This document shows positions 49,749 through 59,319 of a stretch of DNA of 64,000 nt, in pieces. Origin of the DNA: an uncultured Verrucomicrobiae bacterium (GTDB lineage: Bacteria > Verrucomicrobiota > Verrucomicrobiia > Chthoniobacterales > JAFAMB01); the NCBI GenBank assembly GCA_963762565.1, contig CAVXLD010000010.1, positions 32,001 to 96,000 on the forward strand, in the 5' to 3' direction. The number at the start of each line of letters is the position of its first letter. The stretch's first letter is position 1. The notes under the pieces are model-generated. The model saw only the letters and a program-made list of their open reading frames with translations, was not told where the DNA came from and made no database searches. Both the position numbers and the translations under genes were made by a program.

Positions 49749-50603
49749 ATGAACGTGAACCCACTCATCGACACTCACTGCCACCTCGATTTTCCTGAAT
49801 TTGCGAACGATCTTGATGCCGTAATCAAGCGCGCAACCGCCGCTGGCGTTGACAGGATCATCACGATCGGGACTTCGTTAGACTCAAGCCGGGCGGCGAT
49901 CGAGTTAGCAAATCGTTACCCTAATGTCTTCGCGACGGTGGGTCTGCACCCGACGTCGATCACGGAGGATACGCCTGAGTTTATCGAAGAACTGAAACAA
50001 CTGGCTGGGCATCCGAAAGCCGTCGCGATTGGGGAGTGCGGACTGGATTTTTATCGACTATCTGACGACGATAAACCGGATCTTGTGGAATCGGCCTTCG
50101 GATCCATCACCCAGAGCGGGATTGAAACAGACCTGAGAATCGATTCACTGAAAGCAGCGCAGGGCGCGGCGTTTGAGCAACAGCTTGAGCTGGCGGCGCA
50201 ATTGGGGAAACCGGTCGTTATTCATCAACGAGATTCGTGGAATGAAACGCTAGAGATCATTAAGCCGTATTCGGTGAACGCGGTATTTCACTGCTTTACC
50301 GGTGGCTTAGCAGAGTTGAAAGAAGTGCTAGCGCTTGGATACCACGTCTCATTCACTGGCATCGCGACGTTTAAGAGCGCTGCCGATGTCCGGGCAGCGG
50401 CCAAAGTCGTACCTTCTGATCGGGTGATGGTAGAGACCGATGCGCCGTATCTGGCGCCGGTTCCTCACCGGGGAAAACGCTGTGAGCCTGCGTACGTGCG
50501 CTTCACGGCGGAATCGATCGCGAGAGAACGCGGGGTAAGCCCTGACGACTTCGCTAAAACCACCACCGATAACGCGGAACGCTTCTTTGGGCTCGTACCT
50601 TAA
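49749..50603 (+). CDS. tatD: TatD family hydrolase
   Basis: DTHCHL, GLHP, AIGECGLD, ETDAPYLAP. Confidence 0.95.
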   Translation: MNVNPLIDTHCHLDFPEFANDLDAVIKRATAAGVDRIITIGTSLDSSRAAIELANRYPNVFATVGLHPTSITEDTPEFIEELKQLAGHPKAVAIGECGLDFYRLSDDDKPDLVESAFGSITQSGIETDLRIDSLKAAQGAAFEQQLELAAQLGKPVVIHQRDSWNETLEIIKPYSVNAVFHCFTGGLAELKEVLALGYHVSFTGIATFKSAADVRAAAKVVPSDRVMVETDAPYLAPVPHRGKRCEPAYVRFTAESIARERGVSPDDFAKTTTDNAERFFGLVP

Positions 50604-50642
50604 GCGATCGCGTTCCTACACTGCTGGCGAACACGCCCATCC

Positions 50643-50825
50643 GGGAGGGATCGCGTCCTCGTACCGCGGCCGCGGGATTGTTACCGAGGACGTGACATAA
50701 TCGCGGGCAAAAATACACCGCGAGTTGTGGCATGTCCTCGAGGCGCGCGGGGATCCGACGTCGCCCCGTTGGCAGAAAATCGATCGGATGCCTTAGGCTA
50801 TGTCGGACAGGCAGCGCGCCCTCCC
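50643..50825. repeat. Composite REP/MITE, GGGAGGG-ended family
   Basis: Shares ends with 1578-1690 and interior with 41052-41160. Confidence 0.75.
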
Positions 50826-51021
50826 CGATTTGCACGTAACAAACGCGGGGCATAATCCAGCCCACAAAAAAACAAACAGTTCATGTCCCCACCTACCGAA
50901 TTACGAGCAGGTGGGGGAGACTAATTCGTCACTACAGGCGGAACCTGTCGCGCCGTAGGCTTGGTGAAGGCGGAACTTATCGCGCCGAAGTCCCAGTTAA
51001 CCGGGACGAAGGCAGACTGCC

Positions 51022-51372
51022 TTATCGGCGGCGAAAATCGCGATCTTTTCCTCTGCGGTTATCACGGCCACCGCCACCACCGCCACGACCGGCCTCACTC
51101 GGGAAGAATCGATCTTGTCGAGGTTCCGGCGGTCGAGCTTCGTTTACGGTAAGCGCACGATTGTCTAAAGAATAACCGTTGAACTTGTTGATGGCCTCTG
51201 TGGCTTGTTCACCTGATTCCATGGTTACGAATCCAAACCCACGTGATTTCCCCGTGAATTTGTCCTGAATGATTTTGACGTCGACGACGTTTCCAACCTG
51301 TCCGAACAGGTCTTGTAGATCTAGCTCGGTCGTAGCGAAGGATAGATTTCCTACGTAGAGTTTTGCTGACAT
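51022..51372 (-). CDS. RRM RNA-binding protein with Gly/Arg tail
   Basis: RNP2 LYVGNL, RNP1 RGFGFV, VNEARP. Confidence 0.96.
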   Translation of the reverse strand: MSAKLYVGNLSFATTELDLQDLFGQVGNVVDVKIIQDKFTGKSRGFGFVTMESGEQATEAINKFNGYSLDNRALTVNEARPPEPRQDRFFPSEAGRGGGGGGRDNRRGKDRDFRRR

Positions 51373-51531
51373 AATAACAGTTTTTCGGGGACACCTCCTC
51401 GAGCAAGCCGGTCGAAACCGGATCCGATCGCCAACCGCTTAAGTGCTGACAATTACCTCGAACGAAAAGAAGTCCCTATCGGCTACGGCAGGAAGCGCCC
51501 GGTTTCAAGTGGAAAAGGGCCTGAAAAGGAG

Positions 51532-51625
51532 TTGGTAGGGCGAGGCTCCGGAATGCTCGAGAGGAGTCGCAGCGTGAAATCGCGTACATGATATGCGGCA
51601 AGCAATCGCCGAGAGCTGCCGAGCC
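51532..51625. repeat. Split-REP singlet, copy E
   Basis: GGTAGGGCGAGGCTCC-68nt-GCCGAGCC. Confidence 0.7.
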
Positions 51626-51636
51626 TTGGGTTGCGG

Positions 51637-52062
51637 CTATTCCTTGTCTCCGTCACCGCTCCAATGAAAATGAACCGGGATCTCTATGTCGGGATGTAAA
51701 CTTTCGCAAACTGGGCAAGCTAGAGCCGCTTTCTCTAATGCGCTTTTTTTTGGGTGAGTAGCAGGGAGTGGAACCGTAATATCGACGGTTAATTTCTTGA
51801 TCCGCCGGACCGGCTCCTGAAGCATCTCTTTTGAAACACTGACTTTCGTTCCTGTCAGATCCATCTCATGGCGTTCGGCAAACAGACCCATGATCGTGAC
51901 CATGCAAGTGCCCAAAGCCGTGGCCACAAGATCGGTGGGAGAAAAGGAAGAGCCTTTCCCGCCGTTATCGACGGGAGCATCCGTCAAAATTCCGGTACCA
52001 GAAGGCGTATGAACGGCTTCGGTCTGTAGCTGCCCCTTATATTCGATTTCGATTTTGACCAT
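51637..52062 (-). CDS. OsmC family protein
   Basis: TDAPVDNGG.G..FSPTDL..ALGTC, CPV. Confidence 0.95.
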   Translation of the reverse strand: MVKIEIEYKGQLQTEAVHTPSGTGILTDAPVDNGGKGSSFSPTDLVATALGTCMVTIMGLFAERHEMDLTGTKVSVSKEMLQEPVRRIKKLTVDITVPLPATHPKKSALEKAALACPVCESLHPDIEIPVHFHWSGDGDKE

Positions 52063-52157
52063 GGAAGCTGTATACGCCGACTCGGTTCAGGATGCTAGAC
52101 CGGAGGAGCTAGGAGCTGGAATCTAGGATCTAGGAGCGGCGTTGGCGCACGGACTTT

Positions 52158-52443
52158 TGGTGGGGCGAGGCTCCCGAACAGCCCATCGAAATCCGCAGCG
52201 GAGGTGTAGGTTCGACTAGGATGCGCCTAGCCGGCCCGATACGCTCGCCGAGCCGTACCCAGCACTTGATAACACCCCTGGACGTAGAATCCTCGACCGA
52301 GCTCGCTGAAATTCTTTGGTCTGGCGTCTTGGCACACGCTGGGACGCGGCTCGGCATGTCAATCGGTGAAGCGTACGCCCGGTTGAGCTAAATCGAACTC
52401 TTCGTTTCGATCTCTGAGACCGTTCGGGAGCCTCGCCCCACCA
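52158..52443. repeat. Split-REP doublet, copy D
   Basis: TGGTGGGGCGAGGCTCC-72nt-GCCGAGCC ... GGCTCGGC-71nt-GGAGCCTCGCCCCACCA. Confidence 0.9.
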
Positions 52444-52479
52444 CAAGTCTATGCAGCAGACGTGCCCTGATTCTAACTC

Positions 52480-53499
52480 CTAGCTTCCTACAGTACCGGG
52501 TTTGCGAAGCGCTCTGCAAATCTGCCGGATGATCCCCGGGCCACGATAAATGAATCCTGTGTAGAGCTGGATCAGGTCAGCCCCGGCGTCAAAACGAGCC
52601 AAGGCGTCCGTTGGGTTCATGATTCCGCCCACAGAAATAACCGGCAATCGGGACTTGGTCTTAATGTATTTCAGAACTTCGCAAGAACGGTCCCGGAGGG
52701 GGGTACCGCTCAGTCCTCCTTGGGTTCGCCTTGGAGACGGGATCCCGGAATGATCGATTGTGGTGTTGGTCGCAACAATGCCGGAAATGCCCTTCGAGTC
52801 AGCGACAGCAAGAATATCGTCGATTTCTTGCCAGGTTAGATCTGGCGCAATCTTAAGCAATAGAGGCGTCTGACTGAGCTCCTGGCGAAGGGTGGCGCAA
52901 AGCGGACCCAGAGCGGCCGGGTCCTGCAGCGACCTCAACCCCGGGGTGTTAGGCGAACTCACATTCAGAACAAAGTAGTCACCGTGATCCCGCAACAGGC
53001 GCAATGACTTAAGATAATCCTCAACTGCGTTTTCGAGGGGAACGACTTTTGATTTCCCGATATTGATTCCAACCGGGATCGCCGGCCATCGCGCGCTTTG
53101 GCGCAATCTTTGTAAGTGTTCCGCTATCGCGGCTGCTCCCCGGTTATTGAACCCTAATCGATTAATGATCGCCTCAGCTTCAGGCACTCGAAACATTCGA
53201 GGTTTCGGATTGCCGGGCTGCGCTACCGCCGTCACGGTGCCAATTTCAACCGATCCAAACCCAAGAGCGGCCAACGCCGGTATCGCGATCCCGTTCTTAT
53301 CAAAGCCCGCTGCCAACCCGACTGGATTCGGGAAACTCAAACCGAAGACTTCCCGCCGGAGCGGCGCCTCCCGCCTTTCTCGATTGAGCGACGGAAGTGA
53401 GGAAGCCAGGCTTAGGGCGTGCAGCGCCAATTCGTGAACTTTTTCCGGATCGACGAGAAACAGCAGCGGTCTAAGGAGGTCTTCGTATGCGGAGAACAC
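52480..53499 (-). CDS. pyrD: Quinone-dependent dihydroorotate dehydrogenase
   Basis: GLAAGFDK, INRLGFN, NVSSPNTPGLR, GGLSG. Confidence 0.98.
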   Translation of the reverse strand: MFSAYEDLLRPLLFLVDPEKVHELALHALSLASSLPSLNRERREAPLRREVFGLSFPNPVGLAAGFDKNGIAIPALAALGFGSVEIGTVTAVAQPGNPKPRMFRVPEAEAIINRLGFNNRGAAAIAEHLQRLRQSARWPAIPVGINIGKSKVVPLENAVEDYLKSLRLLRDHGDYFVLNVSSPNTPGLRSLQDPAALGPLCATLRQELSQTPLLLKIAPDLTWQEIDDILAVADSKGISGIVATNTTIDHSGIPSPRRTQGGLSGTPLRDRSCEVLKYIKTKSRLPVISVGGIMNPTDALARFDAGADLIQLYTGFIYRGPGIIRQICRALRKPGTVGS

Positions 53500-53623
53500 A
53501 GGGAATAGGATAAAGGAGTTGCAGGAGTTACAGGAGTTCAGAATCTGCGTCCATCTGCGTTCATTTCACCCCGGAGAATTTTGGGGCTGCGGTTAAAGAT
53601 TCTTATTCGTGTCCATTCGTGGT

Positions 53624-54955
53624 CTATTTCCCGATACAGAACTCGCTGAAGATCCGGCCGAGAAGATCCTCGGTATCATGCCGCCCGATCACATCGCCGA
53701 TGGCATCGAGCGCGCCTCGGAGCTCGATCGAAATCAGCTCGGGTAATTGGTTGTTTGCCAAGCCCGCTTTCGCTGCTTCGACTTCCGTAATCGCCTTTTG
53801 CAGACATGCTTGATGGCGGACACTAATGGCAATTCGAAAATCCTGACCGCTAAAACCCCCGGCCATCACAAAATCCCAGATCGCTTGACTTAGAGATTCC
53901 TCCCCTTCCCTGGTCCGGCAGGAAAACCTGACACCGGAGCTGGACACCCAATCGGGGTGTACCCCTAAGTCGATCTTATTCAACACCAGGATACGCTCTC
54001 GCTCGCTCCCGCCCGTTGTCCCGGGCAAACTAGCGTCCACCACCTCCAGCACTAGATCCGCTTGAGCCAATTGGAGCTCAGTCCGGCGAATGCCTTCCTG
54101 TTCGATGCTGTCTTTGGATGAACGCTTACCCGCTGTATCAATTAATCGAACCGGGATACCTCTAACATTGATCGTTTCCTCGATGGTGTCGCGAGTGGTG
54201 CCGGGGGTTTCACTCACGATTGCTCGATCGTAACCCAAAAGCAGATTGAGCAGGCTGGATTTCCCAACGTTAGGTTCACCGTAAATGACCGTCCGCAACC
54301 CATGACGCAGAATTCTACCTTGATCGGCAGTAGCAACCAGCCTGGCTAAACTCCCACCGGTCTCTTCCAGGCGATCGAACAGCATCTTACCGGTCTCAGG
54401 GGAGATCCCTTCATCCGGGAAATCGATATAAGCCTCGATATGCGCGAGCGTTGTTAGCAGCTGATCCTGGATATCGATGAGCTCGCGTCCCAAATAACCA
54501 GCTAGTTGTTCGTTAGCAGCCCGCAACGCCAACTCGGTCTGAGCCCGGATCAAATCCATGACCGCTTCGGCTTGCGTCAGATCCATTTTACCGTTCAGGA
54601 AGGCGCGTTGCGTGAATTCACCAGGCTCCGCCGAGCGTGCCCCGGCGTTTAGCAGTAGCGAGAAAATCTTGCCGGTTACTAAGACACCGCCGTGGCAACT
54701 TACTTCGACGAGGTCCTCTCCGGTATAACTGTGCGGACCCCGGAAGGTAATGATCAGCACTTGGTCGATAACACCGCTACCGTCATAGATCTCCCCGAAA
54801 TAGCTCCGCCGAGGCTCCATTTTTTCCGGAGCGATAGACCCGCGAAATATCCGGGCTACCACAATTACTGCGTCGGGCCCGGATACCCGTAGAACCGCGA
54901 TTGCGCCTTCCCCAACTGGAGTCGAAATAGCAGCAATGGTGTCGTCGAGGAGCAT
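53624..54955 (-). CDS. mnmE: tRNA modification GTPase
   Basis: [27 protein letters not shown]. Confidence 0.98.
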   Translation of the reverse strand: MLLDDTIAAISTPVGEGAIAVLRVSGPDAVIVVARIFRGSIAPEKMEPRRSYFGEIYDGSGVIDQVLIITFRGPHSYTGEDLVEVSCHGGVLVTGKIFSLLLNAGARSAEPGEFTQRAFLNGKMDLTQAEAVMDLIRAQTELALRAANEQLAGYLGRELIDIQDQLLTTLAHIEAYIDFPDEGISPETGKMLFDRLEETGGSLARLVATADQGRILRHGLRTVIYGEPNVGKSSLLNLLLGYDRAIVSETPGTTRDTIEETINVRGIPVRLIDTAGKRSSKDSIEQEGIRRTELQLAQADLVLEVVDASLPGTTGGSERERILVLNKIDLGVHPDWVSSSGVRFSCRTREGEESLSQAIWDFVMAGGFSGQDFRIAISVRHQACLQKAITEVEAAKAGLANNQLPELISIELRGALDAIGDVIGRHDTEDLLGRIFSEFCIGK

Positions 54956-54964
54956 AGATCAATT

Positions 54965-55575
54965 TTCACAGCAAGATCACAAAGATAGAAACAAAAACAG
55001 AAATAGGATCCGCAGTCCCGAAATCCTCCGGGATAAAATTACACAGATTACGCAGATTTCGGTTTGAGGCCGAGAGAAGATGGCGGGTATTTTGAGATAG
55101 CTCTAGCCCGTGTTCGATGCCTTCGAAAACTGGATCAAGGCACAGCACGTTCACTGGGCCGCGGGCCTGAACTCGATCTCTTGAATATTCTCAAGGGCGA
55201 TGAAGCGTGGTACCCCATTCTTCGTGTAGATGATCATAAAAGACGGGATATCCGGATCCACTTCCTCAGGAATAGGAGGCAGGTCAACGAAGTCGGGATG
55301 ATTGACGGAAAAGCGACTGCCGGAGCCGGTAACGATGACAAACGGCGAAAACGCGTCCGGCCTGATGATATCCGCAATCTCTTCTCTTGTCACGAGCCAG
55401 ACATTAGGCAGCAATTCGAGAAAAGTAAACACATTCATTTATTGTTAGGAAGACCCATCTTCCGACACGAACTGAAGGAACGAAACCTAAATTCACAGCA
55501 AGATCACAAAGGTCACAAAGATAGGACCAAAAACAGAAATAGGATCCGCAGATTACACGGATTACGCAGATTTCG
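54965..55575. repeat. Direct repeats (54965-55061 and 55492-55575) flanking a small gene
   Basis: TTCACAGCAAGATCACAAAG...CAAAAACAGAAATAGGATCCGCAG...ATTACAC.GATTACGCAGATTTCG present twice. Confidence 0.85.
55151..55438 (-). CDS. Small hypothetical protein
   Basis: FSPFVIVTGSGSRFSVNHPD..IALENIQEIE; protein-like composition; start may be ~55390. Confidence 0.65.
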   Translation of the reverse strand: MNVFTFLELLPNVWLVTREEIADIIRPDAFSPFVIVTGSGSRFSVNHPDFVDLPPIPEEVDPDIPSFMIIYTKNGVPRFIALENIQEIEFRPAAQ

Positions 55576-55836
55576 ATGTACGGCCCAGCGAAGTCTTCCC
55601 GAGTCAGTCTGCCGTCGGCTTCGGTCCACTTTCGGAAGTCGAAAAGACAAATTTAAATCGCAGCAAGACCGCGAAGACCACAAGGACGAAACGGGATAGT
55701 TGCAGCAACAGACGCCGACATCTTCCCCAGCAGCCGCATGCTTTAAGCTTAACGGCAGACCAAAATCCTAGACCGAAATCTGTGTAATCTGTGGATAATT
55801 ATCTCTTTGCGTTCTTTGCGATCCTTCGCGGCTATT

Positions 55837-56940
55837 TCATTCAGCCATCACCGCGTCCAGATCCTCAAAGAATCTGCGGTTCTGTTCCATGGTGCCAACA
55901 CTAACGCGGATCCATTCGGGTAATTTGTATTCGCCCGTGGCGCGCACGATCGTACCGCGCCGCAGGAGTTTCTCGAAGATCGCTTTTCCGTCACCGACTT
56001 TGACCAGCACGAAATTGGCCGAGCTCGGGACGTATTCAAGACCGCGTTTCTCGAATTCAGCCTGAAGGAACGCCACACCCTCCAAGGTCAGAGCTCGAGT
56101 TTTTTCCTGGTGTTCGTCGTCCTGCAGACCGGCGATAGCGCCAACTTGCGCAATGGCGTTGGCATTAAAGGGCTGCCGGGTTTTAGCCACCACTTTGATC
56201 AACTCTGGATTCGCCAACCCGTAACCGATCCGCAAACTGGCGAGGCCCTGGATCTTGGAAAAGGTACGCAACAAGATCACGTTACCGGTCTCATGGACGT
56301 ACCGCAGAGTATCAGGAGGGTTCGGCAGAAACTCGTAGTAGGCTTCATCCAGCACAATCCCCACGTTCGAGGGAACCTCTTTCACCAGGCGATCAAGCTC
56401 GGCAGTCCCAACCATGGTACCGGTCGGATTATTAGGGTTGGCGACGTAAATTAGCTTAGTCCGAGGTGTAATCGCCCGGACCATAGCGTCTATGTCTGCG
56501 GTTAAGCCCGGATCAGGCACTTCAATTGCCGAGGCGCCGAACAGATGCGCCATGAGCTTGTAGATTACGAACGCATGATCTGCCACCACAATATTGTCCC
56601 CTGGAGTCAGGAAAGCGTGCCCCATGAACTCGATGATTTCGTTGGAACCGTTGCCGAGGGCCACGTTAGAAATATCGAGCCCAAATTTTTGCGCGATCGC
56701 TTTACGCAAATGATACCCTCCCCCGTCGGGATAGAAATGCGCATTGGTTAATGCCTGAGTCATCGCCGCTACGGCTTTAGGCGAAGGACCGATCGGGTTT
56801 TCGTTTGAAGCCAGCTTTACGATCCTCTCTGGAGGTAGACCTAGCTCGCGGGCAACATCATCGATTGGTTTTCCCGGGATATAAGAAACGATGTCGTTCA
56901 GCCAGGGGTTCGCACGGGCAATCAAATCGGAGGTAACCAT
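55837..56940 (-). CDS. hisC: Histidinol-phosphate aminotransferase
   Basis: KLASNENP, NPNNPTG, DEAY, RTFSK. Confidence 0.97.
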   Translation of the reverse strand: MVTSDLIARANPWLNDIVSYIPGKPIDDVARELGLPPERIVKLASNENPIGPSPKAVAAMTQALTNAHFYPDGGGYHLRKAIAQKFGLDISNVALGNGSNEIIEFMGHAFLTPGDNIVVADHAFVIYKLMAHLFGASAIEVPDPGLTADIDAMVRAITPRTKLIYVANPNNPTGTMVGTAELDRLVKEVPSNVGIVLDEAYYEFLPNPPDTLRYVHETGNVILLRTFSKIQGLASLRIGYGLANPELIKVVAKTRQPFNANAIAQVGAIAGLQDDEHQEKTRALTLEGVAFLQAEFEKRGLEYVPSSANFVLVKVGDGKAIFEKLLRRGTIVRATGEYKLPEWIRVSVGTMEQNRRFFEDLDAVMAE

Positions 56941-57160
56941 TTTGGAGTGAGAAGTGAGAGGTGAGAAGTGAGAGGTGAGAGGTGATCAAATCGGCCCGAA
57001 CCATGGGAAAAAACTAACCCGGGAACCGGCGTTAGGCAACCTCAGAGCGAGTACAGGCGGAAAACGTCGGCCAGGTTATTTATGGCGGACAGGGCGCAAC
57101 CAATTCAAATGAACCCCGATTCCTTTGCGGCCAGCCGTAAATATGGTTTAGTTGCGGATC

Positions 57161-57930
57161 ATGAGGACCATGCTAGAGCTTCCAGATGAGCTTTTTCGCT
57201 CTGCGAAGGCTCGAGCTGCCCAGCAGGGCATTAGTTTACGAGGCTCGCGTAGAGCGAGTTGCTTTCGGCTCGACTGGCTAAAACCGGACGACTTGCCGAT
57301 GTATTACATCGGCTGTAGAAACACAATATATGCCGGCTAGCAAACGGAAAACGAAAGAGCCATCCGGTAAATGCGTTACCATCTACTTGGACAAGGCGCT
57401 TTACCGTCAATTTCTGCACAAGGCTTTAGCCGTAAGTCGACGGTTGGTAAGATCATCAAGGAGAGCTCTTGGAGAAAGAAAATGCTGGGCTCTCCTTGTA
57501 TGACCGACTAGAACATCTGATTGGCCGAGTTAATGGACCGTCCGATCTGGGCACGAATCCAAAGTACTTGCATGGGTTCGGAGAAGATCTGAACTGGTTT
57601 GCAAGAATGAGAACGATTATCGCCGATACCGGTCCGATAGTCGCAATGTTGAATCGGCGCGATCAATTCCACATTGGGCAGCCGATAGTTTGAAGACTAT
57701 TCAAGAACCTTTGCAACGTGCGAGGCGGTGTTAACGGAGGTTTTTTTCGACTCTCACACGTGCCGACGCGGCAAGACAGCTACTTGATCTTTTGACGGAA
57801 CCTGACGTGATTGTCCTCAACTGGCGACTCGACAACAATCGAGTGCAGATTAAGCGATATTGAAGAAATATGCTGACACTCGCCAGTTTTGCCGACACCT
57901 GCCCGGTGTCGATTGCTGCATCTTCGTCTT
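57161..57930 (+). pseudogene. Decayed antitoxin fragments and PIN/VapC toxin remnant
   Basis: MRTMLELPDELFRSAKARAAQQGISL (RHH-like); MRTIIADTGPIVAMLNRRDQFH, TCEAVLTE and FADTC in broken frames. Confidence 0.65.
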
Positions 57931-58246
57931 CACATTGTCTGGACACCACCGCCATTTTGAGATTACCGGTTGCCGGGCGGAAAAGAATTCCGCTTCTCGT
58001 TCCGGAACGCTTACAATGAGCGTATCGGGGGCTGTTCGCGAATACCGGGCCCCAAATAACAAAGCAAAATCGAGCAGCGGAGAATTGCAGTGTCGGAGCA
58101 GTGGATTACTGGAAGGCGACGAACCTTGGCTTTTATTCGCGTAACTTCGTGTCCATTAGCGGTCCCTTTTTGCGATCTTTGCTCTCTTCCGCCTTCGCCA
58201 AGCCAGCGGCGCGACAGGTTTTTGCGGCTATTTCCGTCTTCCGCCT

Positions 58247-58555
58247 TCAATCGCTAGACTGCGGACTCGGTGACGGAAAATCCGCAGTCACTTCCTGACG
58301 CACAATCCGGACATCCAGAATGTTTGGCGTTACCGGAGGGATTTTCTCGCCGGTAAGCAACGCGTAATCAGGGACGATTCGCAATCCTGGGCTCCAGGTC
58401 GATGGCGTTGCTGGTGGGGTCGAATCTTTACCCAAAGCGATAACGCCACCCGTTAAGGTGACATTGGGTGACGCAATTACCTTAGCTGGGTCTGATAAGA
58501 CCGGAGATGATGACGGCATGGACGTTGGAGAAGCCAGGAGGCGGATTTCGCCCAC
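58247..58555 (-). CDS. Hypothetical protein, 5' end unclear; C-terminus similar to that of 63768-64000
   Basis: Ends PNILDVRIVRQEVTADFPSPSPQ. Confidence 0.5.
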   Translation of the reverse strand: MGEIRLLASPTSMPSSSPVLSDPAKVIASPNVTLTGGVIALGKDSTPPATPSTWSPGLRIVPDYALLTGEKIPPVTPNILDVRIVRQEVTADFPSPSPQSSD

Positions 58556-59251
58556 TGGTTTTAGCGACTGGCGGGGTCACCATGGAACCCGCCAGACTCG
58601 TGCCTACCCGTGAACACAGTCTGGCCAGTTAACACACTCCATTCTTTGAAACTGGGTGATAAAGCTGACCACGTTCATAGATTACGCACATAGACCCCAG
58701 AACCCGAGATCTGAAATTGCGACATCGGATTGTAAAAGGAAAATGTGCCGTCGTTAGGATCGTCGACAGTCCTGAGCTATCGCCGGATCTCGACGTGCTA
58801 AATGGCAATTCGTGTCACCGACCGACACCACGATCCGAAGACGTGGATTGCTAGAAATACTTGGGCCGCTCCCATCAATTCCTCCGTCGACGAGAACCAC
58901 ACAGGAACCAGTAGTCAAGGGTTATTGTTCCTTGATCCAAGCAAATATCTGTGAGCCGTTCGCGCGCGCTTCAACATTAATAGTCGTACTCGCATCGCAG
59001 TCTTGTACGTACATTCCGGCGTCACGATCCAGAGCAAAGGCACGGTCAACAATAACCTGCGCAAACTGCTACAGCGACAAAATCGGAGCCAGCAACACCG
59101 TCTCCAAGGTTCCGGACACTTCATAAATAGTTTTCTATTGCCATCGATTGCCATTCCGGTTTCAAGCCTTCGCAACAACTTCTATGAAGTTTTTTCCCGG
59201 TCGCTGTGGGCTGCACCCAATTGCTTCCAAGAAGGCCACATCCCTAGGTAG

Positions 59252-59284
59252 AAAACAAAAACGCCGGGCAGTGGCCCGGCGTTT
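59252..59284 (-). terminator. Rho-independent terminator of the TonB-dependent receptor gene
   Basis: AAACGCCGGGC/GCCCGGCGTTT stem followed by a T-run on the minus strand. Confidence 0.8.
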
Positions 59285-59319
59285 CGTAGAACAGCTTGTA
59301 CCTCTTCTAAAGGCTAAGG

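Noticed and set aside
33932..52443. CRISPR array interpretation of the constant-length inserts
   Set aside because: Units are dispersed and inverted rather than tandem, inserts retain weak mutual similarity, and no cas genes are present.
58812..59251. ORFs downstream of the TonB receptor terminator
   Set aside because: No consistent frame or motif; possibly a decayed gene, but unsupported.
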